DNA of 61,387 nucleotides, filler included, from Sphacelaria rigidula (taxonomy: Eukaryota), in assembly GCA_964200075.2 (NCBI GenBank). It is 8 parts of 8 records of this genome, joined end to end, with 100 filler letters (N's around TTAATTAATTAA, not from the genome) between each part and the next. Parts side by side here need not be neighbours in the genome. Positions count along the whole stretch, not along the records: positions 23,060 to 30,645 come from CAXNAA020014210.1; positions 30,746 to 38,331 come from CAXNAA020014211.1; 6 more parts are not named here. One strand, given 5' to 3'. The notes under the pieces are model-generated. The model saw only the letters and a list, made by a program, of their open reading frames with translations. It did no database searches and was not told the origin of the DNA. Below are positions 23,060-35,770 of this stretch, piece by piece. Within the stretch, counting starts at the first letter, position 1. Each line of letters starts with the position of its first letter. The position numbers and the translations under genes are program-made.

Positions 23060-24384
23060 ATACGCGAAAGCACCAATTTCGGGCTATAAACGTCCCCTTT
23101 TTCGCCCCGATATCAAGGCGAAAAGGTGCTTTCGCACATACGCTCTGGGGGCACGGAAGACGGGCGACCCCCGAAACAGTTTCAAGGAGGTTGGGGGGCA
23201 TGAGGTCGTTCATGTGAGATTCATTGGTCATGACTTTAGGTCAGGGAAATCACTGTTTTCGAGTTGAAACTTATGAAAATGTTGAACCTCAGTAACGAAT
23301 CCAGGCTGTTCTTTGTCACCGCTTGCGAACTATAGGCGTCCTCTACCCCGTAGGGTGAAGCAAGTACTTGCGAAACCGAAACAAAATGCTGCCGTCCTAC
23401 CGTCGTCTGGACATATTCCGCCGGTACCTACCCCAGCATGTACGGGGTTGAGGTTCACACCACCTTTATCACCTTTTTTAGAGGTCTAGGCAGACGCGGA
23501 CAACCCCAGCACGAACAAAACTCCTGAAAAGAACCACACAAACGCGCACAAGAATCACCAAAATAAGCATCAACGCACGAAGGATAGGTTTTGACCCGAT
23601 GAGAACGACAGGTACAATTACTGGCATCGGAAGTAATAGAGATACGGATGAGACTGCGTGATTTCCAAGAAAGTGTCTAGACAGAATAAAGAAGGCAACT
23701 GGCGGCGCGGTATAAACTAAAAAGACAGGCATGCATGCGAGAACTCGAAGGAACTGGGGGTATTACAGAAGACCAAGCGCGCCGACAAGCGCCCCGAATA
23801 TCAACATACAAATGACAGTCTTGGATACGACGGGACGATCTGGCAAATAACGCACGAGCAGCCTTTTATCACTTGCACATGCACTGAAGACAAAATGTAC
23901 AATGCACGTGCTTAGTGTGATCAACAGCAACGCGCACGGCAAACGAAGGGCTTCTCGCGGCTTCAAGCTCCACAAGACCTCGCCAAGGGAGACGGTTGCA
24001 CCAATTATCGCACTGTATTCGATGAGTGCAATAACTGTCAGGTAAAGTTGAAGACGGTAGTCAGCATGATGCGTAGCAGACAACAGCATGATCATGACCA
24101 CGAACCACGAGAATCCCAGAGGAAGGGGTACGTCTACCTCGTGCGGGCAAAGACACAATTACAGGTACGCCAGGAAGAACAAAAACAGCGCTCGGACACT
24201 CCACCACCTGCATCATCATGCCATTTCTTGCCAGAACTTCTTCAGCTCCGAGAAACAGCCAATCACAGAAGAGGACTAGGGACAGCAAAAGGCTCAGAGG
24301 GAGGAACGCATTGGGCGAAGTCACGGGGTCCATCACCAGTAGTTGGTGGTAACCTGATTGCATATCAAAAGTAGAAAATAATTA

Positions 24385-25483
24385 AACTCGTCCAAGGGAG
24401 TCGATGCTTTCGTCTATTTGGGGAAGCGGAAGGCGGGGAACTATTATCACCGCATTCAAACGTTGATGATTGACAGTGAGGCGGATGTTTCCGTTTTCTT
24501 TCGAATAACAATCAAGGGGGAGGCCCATGGGGATGTCGAATGATGAATGATCCCGCCGCTAGGTAGCTGTCTATGATTACTTGTACTTTATCGGCGAGTA
24601 GCAGGTTCGTGCGATACGGGCGTGTGGCGATGGGGGGGCGTTCCTTTTGGCACGTTGATCTTAAACGGAGCCGTCGTGCATCGACCCAAATCCAGAAGTG
24701 AGGCGGAAATCGCGCGGCATAGCGGATCAGAACATCTCGAAGTTTGTCGTTGACCGCTGTAATCCAATTGTCACCGTCGAGATTCAAGGTGATGTGACGG
24801 AGTTCTGGTGGAGCGTCATTCCATAGTCGCAAAAAACTTGCCCGCTGCTCACACTGCTGTAGGCAATCCAACAGTTTTTGAGAAGGTTTGGGTTCCGCGC
24901 CGTAATCCGACGCGGTCACAAACTGGTCCATCACAGTCAGCAGTTTGCTCGAAGTCAGTTGGGGCAGTGGTACGGGTGCGGGGACATATATCAGACAGAG
25001 GTGTAGGTGGAAGCGGAGCCGAAGCATACCCCAACAAGTGGTTGGGTACTTTATCACTGCACACCAGAAACGTCAGAAAAATTTGCTGACGTCAGTCCTT
25101 TACAAATATATCTTCCTGTCCGAACATGCAACCCCTCGAACCATCGCGGGAAGCAAGTCTACCAAGTACTGTCCTGTGAGTGCCGGCAGACCATTACGCC
25201 GTACCAAATTCACCATCAAGGGTTGGGGTTCATGCGAAAGTGACGCGACTGCCTCCCCAACATCAAGCAACTTGAAAGCGGTCTGTGTTACAGAGGAGTC
25301 GCGCGTGAATGCCTGGGCACGGGGTTGGCCGTCGAGGTAAGCCAGCTGTAGTTTGTCCTTCGTGGGTGAAAGCGATGACGGTGGTTCGGTGGTGTATGTA
25401 TGTATCGAAAATCGCAACCAGCTATCTTTGCCCAGCAAAACATGCGAAGCATGTCCTGTCTGCAACTGGCCGTGATAAAGATC
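24385..25483 (-). mobile_element. decayed Ty3/Gypsy pol fragment (protease C-part, linker, RT N-terminus); host of the nested element
   Basis: HVLLGKDSWLRF; VNLVRRNGLPALTGQYLVDLL; PPIATRPYRTN...IIDSYLAAG; with frameshifts IVIRK-NGNIRLTVNHQRLNAVIIVPRLPLPQIDESIDSLG. Confidence 0.8.
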
Positions 25484-25750
25484 TGTGACGAGATTACGCC
25501 GTTACGTTGAGTTGGTGGTGGTGATCTAAATTGTGACCGGCGGCACGGGGTTTTTAGAGGATTCTGGGAGGATTGTAGAAAATGACCGGGGACACGGGGG
25601 TGATACCCTGCGAATCGAGGAGACTATGCCTGCAAGGGCACTCCGGGCAATGAAATGTTGTAAAGGCTGACAACTGAAACTAAGGCCAGTGCGGCTGGGG
25701 AGTCCCTCAACAGCAGTGATCCACCAGGCCTTCTTCTGGCTGGCGTCACA
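25484..25750 (+). repeat. 5' LTR
   Basis: TG...CA with a 7-bp terminal inverted repeat; direct repeat of 28255-28522. Confidence 0.92.
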
Positions 25751-26099
25751 ATATCGATACTTATGCTAGAGCTAGTACCTAGCAGAACTTGCTGGAAGAA
25801 TTTCGGCGGAAGAGTCTGGCAGCTGGGGACAACCTGAAGCATCACGGACGCGTGGAGGGGGTTCCAGCTGATGGTAGCTGCAGAAAGGCGGCTGGCCTGT
25901 GATTGATCCAGACTGGAGACTGCTGAAGCTGCGTGCAGTGGGAGTTTGGGGGTTCCTGCGACCATGTGGTGCGGCGATGAAGTAAGGGTGAGATATGCAA
26001 TTCGCGAAGGTTCGCTGGCCTGCAAAAGGTTCGCAGGTAGCCGGCTACTGCTATGGCGACCGGCTCGCGTGTTGCATCCAGCGTGACGCCCGTTGTTAT

Positions 26100-26971
26100 G
26101 CGGGAGGAGTTGTGACCTCCCCAATACGGGGATAGGTACTCCGAGAGTGCATCTCGCACTTTGTACACCAAGTACTCGGAGTACAATGAGCGTGTGGAGC
26201 GCGCTAACGCAGGGGGCGCTGTGTAACATCAGGTAGTGTCGATGGCTCAACAAGTGCCAACGCATGTGCAGAGAGTGTTTGTTCGTGTGGATTATGATGA
26301 GAGCATAACAACCCCGCCGCAATTGGTTGCGGCGATCAAAAAGCATGCTGGGCATGCGGCGGGCGCCGAGGTGGAGTTGAACCAAGCGCTTGCGGCCGTG
26401 GCGATTGCTTTCGCCATGGAGCCTCGGGGAAAGACGATGCTAGAGCGGGTAGAGCTAATCCTGTCCGATCTGGAGAAATAGTTCTAAGGAAATCCGAACG
26501 TGGAACTAGTATATCGTTCCACCGATGGTGAGTTCATTCCCGGCCCGGCTGCAGTGATCACCAAGGCTTTGGTGGAGGGGTTGTCGCCAGAAAAGTTGAA
26601 GCAAGTCGCGCTTGTGAAGTTGCAGCACGAAACAGATTGGAACGCCGACCCTTACCTGGTGATGGACACCGTCGTGGCCGAGGCCAAGGAGTAGTGGAAG
26701 ATAGAGGTGTTCCGCCAGTCGTCTACCTCCACGCCGAAGTCTTTGCGCCACCACGGCTCGAAACCGGCCGGCTGCGCCGCGAGCATTACTTGCCACCGCT
26801 GTGGCCAGGTCGGTCATTACGCGAGAGATTGCCAAACGTCTTCCGGTGGGGAGTCTGGGAAGTCTCATGCCGCGCGCCATCAGCATCGTCAGCACAAGGG
26901 CAAAGTACGAGGTAATCGAGGTGGCGGCGGCGGATCTTCCGGCGGTGGAGGGTCGCAGTGGAGTCCTCAGC

Positions 26972-27005
<34 letters not shown>

Positions 27006-27050
27006 GCAGCGGCGTCAGCATGGTTCTGGTTCTGGGTCCGACGCCGCCGT
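26100..27050 (+). pseudogene. gag: gag with CCHC zinc knuckle and (CAG)n tract; in-frame stops
   Basis: ITCHRCGQVGHYARDC near 26785-26833; ORF pieces 26236-26481, 26500-26694 and 26707-26985 share one frame. Confidence 0.75.
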
Positions 27051-27129
27051 AGGTGTTGCTGCTCCGCAACGGGTGGTGCAGGTGGGACCGATTTCTACGG
27101 TGTCGAACACTGCGCCGCCCCAAGAATTG

Positions 27130-28180
27130 TCGGAGGATGCTGGGTTTCGATACATCTAGTAATCATGGATGATTTGAGCAACTTCGTATTTCTGGAAACA
27201 GTGGCAATGTGTACTGCTGAATCGACTGCTGCATCTTCATTGCTTAATTGGTGCAAAACTTCGGGGGTGCCGCGTGTGTGGGTGATTGATACCGTCACGC
27301 ACTTCAAGAATACGATCTTGGACTGATTGCGAGAAACTTTTCACGTTGATCGCCAGTTTGCGGTGGTGTATTCTCCGTGGTCTAACGGCACGTGCGAACG
27401 CATGGTTAACGAAGTAGTTCGTGCTTTTCGCTCTATTCTTCTCGAGCAGCGTAGAGCGGTTTCCGAGTGGGTGGACGTGCTGCCTGCGGTGCATTTGGCG
27501 CTCAATACAGCGTATCGTTGTCGTTACGACAGTACGTCGTACCACATGATGTTTGGCTGTGCTCCTCGGACGTCTTTCTCGGTATTGGCGTCTTCGTCGG
27601 CGGGGGTATGGAATTGTGATATCTTGGATGATGGTCAAATTAAGCGTGCATTGCAAGGGGTCTTGGACATCCAAAAATATTTCCATGTCGTCCGCGTCGG
27701 GTCTGGAACTGCCGAATTTTGAGGTGAGCGACTATGTCTTGTATGCACGCGTGCGTCGTCCGGGCGTTACGCCTAAGTTGATGGCGACGTGGACTGGTCC
27801 GTGGAGAGTGGTTGGTGCTCACCACCCGCACGTGTTTGAGACTCAGAACATTGTTTCGGGTCGTGTTCAGACCACCCATGTAGCTCGTTTGTGTTTTGAT
27901 GCAGACTCGCAGCTTAATGTTACGGCTGACGTTCAGGACGTGTTCCAACAGGGGCAATTTCAGATGGCTGGTATTGTCTGAGTGGCAGAAGCAGACGGTC
28001 ATTCGTTGGTCGTGTTGGTCGACTGGGTTGGTTTCGAAGTTGAGGAGCGTACGTGGATGGGAGCCTTTCAAAGATATTTTTGGGGCCGCTCCGGAATTTC
28101 TCACGAAGGAGTTGCGTGAATTTCGCGTAACTTGCCCCGTTGCTGCTCGCGTCACGCGTGAGTTTGGCATTCAGTTTTGA
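27130..28180 (+). pseudogene. integrase core + GPY/F + chromodomain, disrupted
   Basis: LVIMDDLSNF..GVPRVWVIDTVTHFKN..YSPWSNGTCERMVNE; KLMATWTGPWRVV; VLVDWVGFEVEERT/WEPFKDIFGAAPEFL. Confidence 0.85.
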
Positions 28181-28254
28181 CTTGCTCATCGTTTTGGCGT
28201 TTTCTATGTGTCAAGTTTGTTGATTGATTTTCGTCCAACGCGCTTTGGGGGTGC

Positions 28255-28522
28255 TGTGACGAGATTACGCCGTTACGTTGAGTTGGTAGTGATGATGTGG
28301 ATAATGACCGGGGGGCACGGGGTTTTTGGAGGATTCTGGGAGGATTATAGAAAAAATCCGGGGACACGGAGATGATACTCTGCGGATCTAGGAGGCTGTG
28401 CCTGCAAGGGCACTCCAGGCAATGAAATGTTGTAAAGGCTGACAACTGAAACTGAGGCCAGTGCGGCTGGGGAGTCCCTCAACAGCAGTGATCCACCAGG
28501 CCTTCTTCTGGCTGGCGTCACA
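28255..28522 (+). repeat. 3' LTR
   Basis: Preceded by G-rich TTTGGGGGTGC; TG...CA. Confidence 0.92.
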
Positions 28523-28670
28523 GGTCTGAGAGGAGCCCGAGTCCGGTAATGCCAGCGCCATACGTTGACGGCTTGCACAAGACCCACTATGAAGTCCAAC
28601 TCTAGTTGTGAAAGACGCATCGTCTAACTTGACAACGTCACTCGTCAGATCCGGGCCAAATCCTGGCAAC
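28523..28670 (-). mobile_element. upstream part of the host Gypsy: aspartic protease motif
   Basis: MALALPDSGSSQT; continues as FIT on the far side of the insertion. Confidence 0.7.
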
Positions 28671-28686
28671 GAGTCGATATGTGTTC

Positions 28687-29034
28687 TGTCATAATGATGG
28701 TCATGTAGCTAATACACTGGGTAAGGTCTCTCGGTACGAGTACCAGGAGATACCATTGGTTTCAGCTAACCAAGTTCTCACGTGGGCACACCGTACGACA
28801 TAAAGCTATGCATCATGAACAATCACAGAGTAGGTTTATTCATGTGTAGACTGCCGGATAGGAACTCACGTGTTTCATAGCATCATGTTTTATCTACAAG
28901 CAGCTCTCTCACTTAGTACAGCCGCGGCGCAGCCATAGGAGCAGAGCGTAGTGAGGGCCCAGAGTAGACCGAGGCAAGGCAGTAACTGATCGAGGTGGGT
29001 CCTGGCCGCGGCCGAACAACCCTAACTAATGACA
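28687..29034. repeat. solo-LTR/TRIM-like dispersed repeat (TGTCAT...ATGACA)
   Basis: About 200-bp core shared with 37999-38249 (CATCATGAACAATCACAGAGTAGG...TCATGTTTTATCTACAAGCAGCTCTC); no clear target-site duplication. Confidence 0.65.
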
Positions 29035-30580
29035 GTAGCAAACCCAGTCACAACGCGTCACGGAATCCAGGTTCTACGAGCAGACCCGCACATCGTGATA
29101 TCTTACTGCCACCAAGCTTCATAACACTAGCCCATCCTAGACGAGCCCTTATGTAGTTGAATCATCATCACATCCGCAAAACATAATTGCGCCGAGGAAC
29201 TTCAAAATTCAACGAGAAAGGGCTCTTCTACACTACACCCGTACAAAAGCATGAGGCGAAGAAAAAATAATTAGATACTCTCCAACAACTCTCAAAGGCG
29301 AGCATCGCTGCGATCCGACATATCAATCGTTCAATCTACAAGAAGGAAAACGCTGTATTTATGTGATACTCATTACCTATGTTGCAAGACAACACACACG
29401 CAAGTCCATCTACAAAGTGAAGCACTAAATGGTACGCACTCGTAGACTTCATTCACCAACTGAACAAGGAGAGAATGCCAGACAATCCGGGAAGAGGGGA
29501 GGGAAAACGCAGTTGAAGCGTAGCATCGCGGCAACTGCTCTGGTCGGACGCAGATCCAAGTGAGCTTCACGTCTTTGTCCGACTCCGTCCCGACACATCC
29601 GTCGCGTATAGCGAGAGTGGCACCCCGCTCGATTCCGTGGCAGGGCGTTTGAAGTATCAAACCTGCTTTGAAAAATGTGTGCAAGGTGAAGTACAATGCG
29701 ATGGAGGGGAACTACGCAGCAACAAGGAGATAAAGCGGGGATGCAGCCCAAATTCAGATTTGGTGTGCCTGAAGTGCGAATTTCAAGGTCCTGCGGGAGT
29801 GGGCACGAGCCCATCCAAGAAGACACTCAAGGTAAAACGTTAAGGGCCGTTAGTGAGAACTTTTCGTTCAGCGCGGCAGATCAACTATCGCGTGTGATGA
29901 GCAAAAACTTGGTGTCAATCAAAACATAATTCGTCAGAACGTAATACCCAACTCAAAGCAATCGTCCAGCGGAAATACGGCCTACAACAAGGGCGGTATA
30001 ATTGGTCATTCCCGGTGGAACACTGAACCACGAGCAACGGAACGACACAGGAGAACGCACCCGTGTGGCCAGCTGACCAGGCTGCGCCACGGGATAGGGG
30101 TAGAACAAACAAACGAACACATTCACATGAATTGTCGAAATGCAGTAACTCACCTCGACCTAAAAACATTCGTCGGGCATACATACGGCCTGCAGCCGGG
30201 GCGGTATAATTTGCAGTACACGGTGTAACCAAGGACCCGTGCAACAAAACGATGCAAGGGAGTACTCCCGTGCGGCGAGCTCTCTTGGCTGGCGGCAGGG
30301 GGTTGAGCAGTGACAACAACAAACACATCCAGAGAACGAGTCATCAAAATTCCAAACATGTGTTAGGCTGGACTCAATCTACAGTCCTCTCATCGCGTAA
30401 AGGAACCAACAAGACAAAAAAAGAAAAGGACACTAGATGCTCAGAGGACACGGACAGAGATGCGACAGCGACAAAAAATGTGACTGCGGGTACTAGGAAC
30501 GCAGTCACCAAGAAGGCGAACTCAGCACAAAGAAACACGGTACTAACCTGTGAGAGGCTACGTTGCAGCAAAGGGGAGGG

Positions 30581-30645
30581 GGGGCGTTCTCATTTGTCGC
30601 TTGCCTTAGTCGTTTGACCATTGACCACGCATCCCTTTCGAGACG
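30581..30645. repeat. family A repeat at contig end
   Basis: Truncated by the spacer. Confidence 0.85.
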
Positions 30646-30745
30646 NNNNNNNNNNNNNNNNNNNNNNNNNNNNNNNNNNNNNNNNNNNNTTAATTAATTA
30701 ANNNNNNNNNNNNNNNNNNNNNNNNNNNNNNNNNNNNNNNNNNNN
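30646..30745. other. artificial contig spacer
   Basis: N44-TTAATTAATTAA-N44. Confidence 0.98.
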
Positions 30746-33490
30746 ATTTAAACACTACGTGGTACGATCATCCTCATTGAGCGGAGTTGAGGTTCTCCCA
30801 CCCTGCACAACATGATCTGGCTCGACTACCATCATGGTTACCGCAAAAAAAACGGTAACCTGGTTGCCTAGCTTCCGCAGTGAGTGGCGTGGTTTACAGC
30901 GTCATCGCCAAGCGACGCCAACCCCACCGAGGGTCCGCCCCTACAAAGCCGGGACGGAACACGCCGGGTTCTCGCCGGACCAGGCTGATGGAATCGGGAG
31001 GGGGGAATGAACCCTGCGACGATGAGTTGGCAGAAGTGTGGCCGCTGACAGGAAGAGGAATCCCCCACGTGCGGCTACCGGCCCAGGGGGTGGAGGACAG
31101 TCAACAACCGGCAGAGGCGGCGGAATATCCACTACCGCTGGACGCTCCATAACCATCAGCATCATCATCCAGAGGCGAGTCGTCATCAATACCGCCCTCG
31201 CCATCTCTCGACGACCGATCAGCATCTGCGTCACCATCATCTCGCAGCAGCACATCATCAGCACCTGCATCGTCCTCCAGCAACAGCAGCGACGCCATTC
31301 CTGATGGAGAAGGTGTGCCAGCGCAAACACGCAACGCGCTGAGACAGCTTGAGGCGTACAACGTGGGTCCACATGACGATGAAGAATGCAGGGAGGGCAG
31401 GACGCGAGCACAAATGCGAGCGCTGAACCAGCAACAAGGGATCGGTTTGCTAACTTCGCTGGGGCTCATCAACGGGGACCAAACCTTGCGTGCGCTGATT
31501 GCTGAGCAGAGAACATTGAAGAAGCCGAACGAGATACCTGCCGAACATGCCAAAGAGCCAGAGCCCACAACGATTGCCGAAGCCCGCGCCTCTGCACATG
31601 CTGACCTTTGGGAGGGGGCTATGAATTTAGAGTTCGAGGGGTTGCTTGCAGCAGGGACTTTTACCTTAGTGGGATCGGTTCCGGAAGGGAGTAACATAGT
31701 GAACGCTTAGTGGGTTTTCAAGTGGATAATTGATGTCAACGGCGAAATCTTGAAGGCAAAGGCTAGGCTTGTAGCAAAAGGTTTTAGTCAACGGTACGAG
31801 ATTGATTTCCTGGAGGTGTTTTCACCTACTGCGAATGCTGCAACAATTCGTCTCCTGGTAGCGTTGGCAAGCACGTATGGATGGGATCTTAGTCATTTCG
31901 ACATCGAGCAGGCGTTCATTCAGTCGAATTTGGACTATGAGATATATTACGAGGTTGCCCCCAGGTTGCGGATCAATGTCAGGAAAACTTGTCCACCTTA
32001 ACAGATCCATTTATGGACTTAAACAGAGCGCCAGACAATTCTACAAACTGTTAGTGTCGAGACTTGTGAAAATTGGTTTCGAACAGTGCCTGTCGGATCC
32101 ATGCATATTGCGATTGCTAGTGGATGGTAAGTTGGTAGAAGCAATCGTTTTGCATGTAGATGATATCATTTTTGGCGGAGCAAGTAGTGTGGGTAAGATG
32201 GTGGTGGAAGCACTAAATGACACGCTGCCAACTAAGCATTTGGGCGATCTCACATGGTACATGGGAGTGGAGTACAAGCGTGACAAGGAGAACAGGGTTA
32301 TTGAATTGTTACAGACAAGTTACATTAGCAGCGTGCTTGCACGTTTTGATATTTTCCGCTCCAGCTCTCTTCCCGCCTCCACTTCTATGAATCTCAGGTC
32401 CGTGAATGACGACGAAGGTGTCAAGGATGTGCCGTTTCGCGAAATGGTGGTTTGTTTGTGCATTGCTAATCAAACCAGACCTGAGGGCCGTGGCGCGACA
32501 CTCGCACGACCCGAAGAAACCCCACTGGAAGGCAGTACGAAAGACGTTCGAGTACCTGCTTTCAACGGCTAACCTAGGGCTGACATATCGTGTAGGACCT
32601 GGTGCAGACATAAGAACAACAACGTATGGGGATGCGGACTACGGGAAAGATGACGAGGCGAGGAGATCGGTATCGGGTGGTGCAGTTTTGTGCGGTAAAT
32701 CACCAGTAGCATGGTACACCAGGACGCAGAAGAACGTTACACTTTCGACCACGGAAGCAGAGTATGTGGCTATAGGGGATGGTGTCAAAGAAGCTTTGTT
32801 TATAGACGCCATTGTGGATTTTCTTTTAGTTAACAGGAAAGCAAGGGCCATCAGCGTGTTGGAGGATAACGAGGGTGCGATTGATTTAGATGAAAATCCA
32901 ATAAGCTCGTCGAACAGCAAGAATATAGGTATCTGTCATCATTTTCTGAGGGAGTTAGTGGACAAAAGGGGAATACCGTTGGAACACGTACGGAGTAACG
33001 AGCAACACGCTGATATTCTGACCAAAGCGTTACCTCGCGGAGCTTCCGTCCACCATCGAATATTCTGTTGGGTATTGAGTGAAGCAATATCTATTCGTTG
33101 AGAGTTCTGAGAGTTGATCGAAGAAAACTACTTGTTCATGTAGCAAATGCCCAAGAGAGGGTGTTCGTATATTGGTCAATTCTGCATCCGCAGATATCTT
33201 TCGGGGTAGCGTAAGATATGTTTCTTTGGAAGTCTCCATAGAAAGGAATGTTATGCAGAACAAGAGTGAGACTATTCCACGGGACATTTATATGGACCGC
33301 GGGAGATTGGCTTGATGCGTGGTTCTCGGCATTGTGGGTGGGAGTTGTTGATCCCCTCGAGGGTCACTCTCTTTTGTTTCCCGATAATAAAACATTTCTT
33401 CTTCATTCATTGTGAACAAGCTGCCGGGGCAGGCAGCGATCTCTGGGCATGTTTGTTTGCTTACACGTACAGAACCGCCCAGCTCGAACA
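30746..33490 (+). mobile_element. Ty1/Copia retrotransposon 3' half (linker, RT, RNase H, 3' LTR), decayed
   Basis: EPTTIAEA..WEGAMNLE; KAKARLVAKGFSQ; SIYGLKQSARQF; LHVDD; YGDADY..RRSVSG; TLSTTEAEY; EDNEGA; QHADILTK; stop near 31708 and frameshifts. Confidence 0.93.
33162..33490 (+). repeat. Copia 3' LTR
   Basis: Polypurine tract AAGAGAGGG, then TGTTCG...CGAACA. Confidence 0.7.
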
Positions 33491-34319
33491 CAAGATAATG
33501 ATGGCACCAAACAGGGCTACGAGAACGCTCGACCTATGAAATTGTACGATTACAGTATGAGAACTTTTGTGTGAACCATAGCACCGCCAACAATTCCATG
33601 GAGCTCCGACGCAAGAAGCACATGATCACTCGAACTCACGACATTATACACAAGCAGCATACTCGGCGCAAAACGTGGCGTCCCTTCCTCAATCGCAGGC
33701 CCCTAGATTTCGACCATGAAACAATATCAACACTCGCAGTAGTTTGTCCTCGCCATTTTGGAAACATAGCATGGCGTCGTAACGTTGCTACACTAGTTTG
33801 TCCCGGCTGATGAGGTCGTGAATTTGAGGCGCTGGCACCGCGACTACCAAACCCGGGAGGGTGTGCCCGCATATCCTCAGATCCTGGTCAGTGGTCGATG
33901 GGTGCTACGGCGAGAATAACCATCGCCGGAGTTTTCAAGCCGTATTCTTTGTTGTTTTCGGAGTTGTCTTCGTCGCCGGCATCGGGTTCGAATACGCAAT
34001 AACCGTCGGCATCGGCGGAGACGACCCTGCGTCGTCACGGTCACCGGCGAATTCACCGTCTTCATCCGACTCCTTAGACGATGGTGGGGCCTCGTCAGTG
34101 GCACCATGCGCGGCCACCTTGCTGTCGTGGCCGGGCCTGTCTCAGAAGCCAGTCGTACAGTGGAGTAGTCGGGGGTCTTTCCTCCTTGCGGCCTACAGCT
34201 CATCGACACACCTAGCGTAAAAAACAAAAGCACGACACGTGGTTACTTCAACTCTCGTGTGGCGTTAACAAGTGCATGGTATATGCGTCGCTACAAACAC
34301 GATTTGTAACCAAGATGAT

Positions 34320-34510
34320 CTATATTGTTATGTTCCCTTGTCCAGAAAATTAATAATCCAAACCATCCCACCCCAACCCAACTCCAACCCCCATCCTGAA
34401 ATATTGTATTATATATTATTTATAATTGCGCGTCGGAACAATAAATTTCAGGAATGTTTGAGTTTTGGGTTGGGGTTGGGATTGGTTGGGGCTGGATCGT
34501 TATTTTTGGG
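34320..34510. mobile_element. imperfect inverted-repeat MITE (CCAACC-rich arms); extends to about 34530
   Basis: TTCCCTTGTCCAGAAAA..CCCCAACCCAA / TTGGGTTGGGG..TTTTTGGGAAAAGGG; related pieces near 6270-6345 and 15720-15905. Confidence 0.5.
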
Positions 34511-35770
34511 AAAAGGGAGAACAATATCGTTCTCGCGCCATGCATATACCACCGCCAACACGTGATGAAAAAGAGGTGATGGCGCCGGGTGATGAATGTG
34601 CAGAAACACCCGATGTACATCAGCAGTCTTTGCAACAGTGTGTACCCCGCAGTACTTTTGTGATATTTTCGCAGGCGGCGTTTGTTCAAAGGTTTCACGC
34701 ATGCCATGAGAAAAGATCCGATCCTCAAGTTTGGGGATCGGAAGATACTATGCATCCACTCCACAATATTGAAAAATTGACGGGCTGAAGTTACATATTC
34801 GGGGACACTGCGGCTACGGAGTCGTAGCTGCTAACCCTTCGGTATTTTTTCTCGATGGAAGCAATCCATGGACGAAACCCCGACCGTCGCTGTGAAAATG
34901 TGAAGTGGAGTTTTGTTCTATTTATCATCACCTATTCTTTGCGCCAAAGTCGGAAACCTTTAGGTTTTGGACCAGTGACGGTCGACCTTCGCCGATGGAG
35001 GATGTGTTTACTCCGCCCCACCTCGACGACACTAACTTGAGGATTGTCCCATGAGGGTGACCTGCTTCTGTTTCCAAAATTTAGATGGACGTTAGAAACT
35101 TCCAGAGGTGAAATAATATACCACAAAATTCAGAAACTTACTCAAGTATGAAAACTGGCGGACCGTGCAGAGCATAGCATAATCGTGACAGCTCTCGTGA
35201 ACAAATTTGCAGACCGTTTTTCATCTCGACATATCCGTTGCGCTACAGCCGAGGGGATATCAGTTTAGGACCCAAAACGGTAAAAAAAATCCCTGTCAAT
35301 CCCTGTCGATTCGGCTCGTAGGTCGTTCCATATCGAGTATAGAGATGATTTTATTTCAAAACGTGAAGCTGATGCCTTGTGTCGCCTCATCTCCAACTCT
35401 GGGGACCAAACGTGCTGCAGGGTGAGCGGTGGTGTGCCAAAAGCAACTGGAAATTGCCACATAGACGTTTTGTTCCAAGAATCTCCGGGGTTTAGTTGGA
35501 GACCAATCACCACAGTGCATATATTTGAACTCGTACCCGGTTGCTTCGCCAGGTAAGGGCAGATGAACTGCATCCCGTTCGTGCTTCAGGGAGAGATCTG
35601 CCGCCGTGAGTTATCCCAGTCCCGACCCTGAGCGGCTTTCTCCCATGAAGAATCTCAGCATCTAGCTTCACATCCTAAATATCATCGAGGCAGTAAAATG
35701 GCGCCACGGAAGTGGAGGGTTAGGGTATACAGACGTCCTGCCGAACACTTGTGCACACCAAAGAGCAATG

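Larger units (their letters stand above)
25484..28522 (+). mobile_element. internally deleted chromovirus-type Gypsy LTR retrotransposon (LTR-gag-IN-chromodomain-LTR)
   Basis: Two ~267-bp LTRs TGTGACG...CGTCACA; flanks GATC/GGTC; CCHC knuckle; integrase core; GPW motif; chromodomain-like C-terminus. Confidence 0.9.

Noticed and set aside
25624..27123. Minus-strand 253-aa and 205-aa ORFs
   Set aside because: Antisense to gag/LTR; the poly-Leu comes from the (CAG)n tract.
33861..34233. Acidic exon-like minus-strand segment (..SKESDEDGEFAGDRDD..)
   Set aside because: In-frame stops and no family motif; cannot be assigned.
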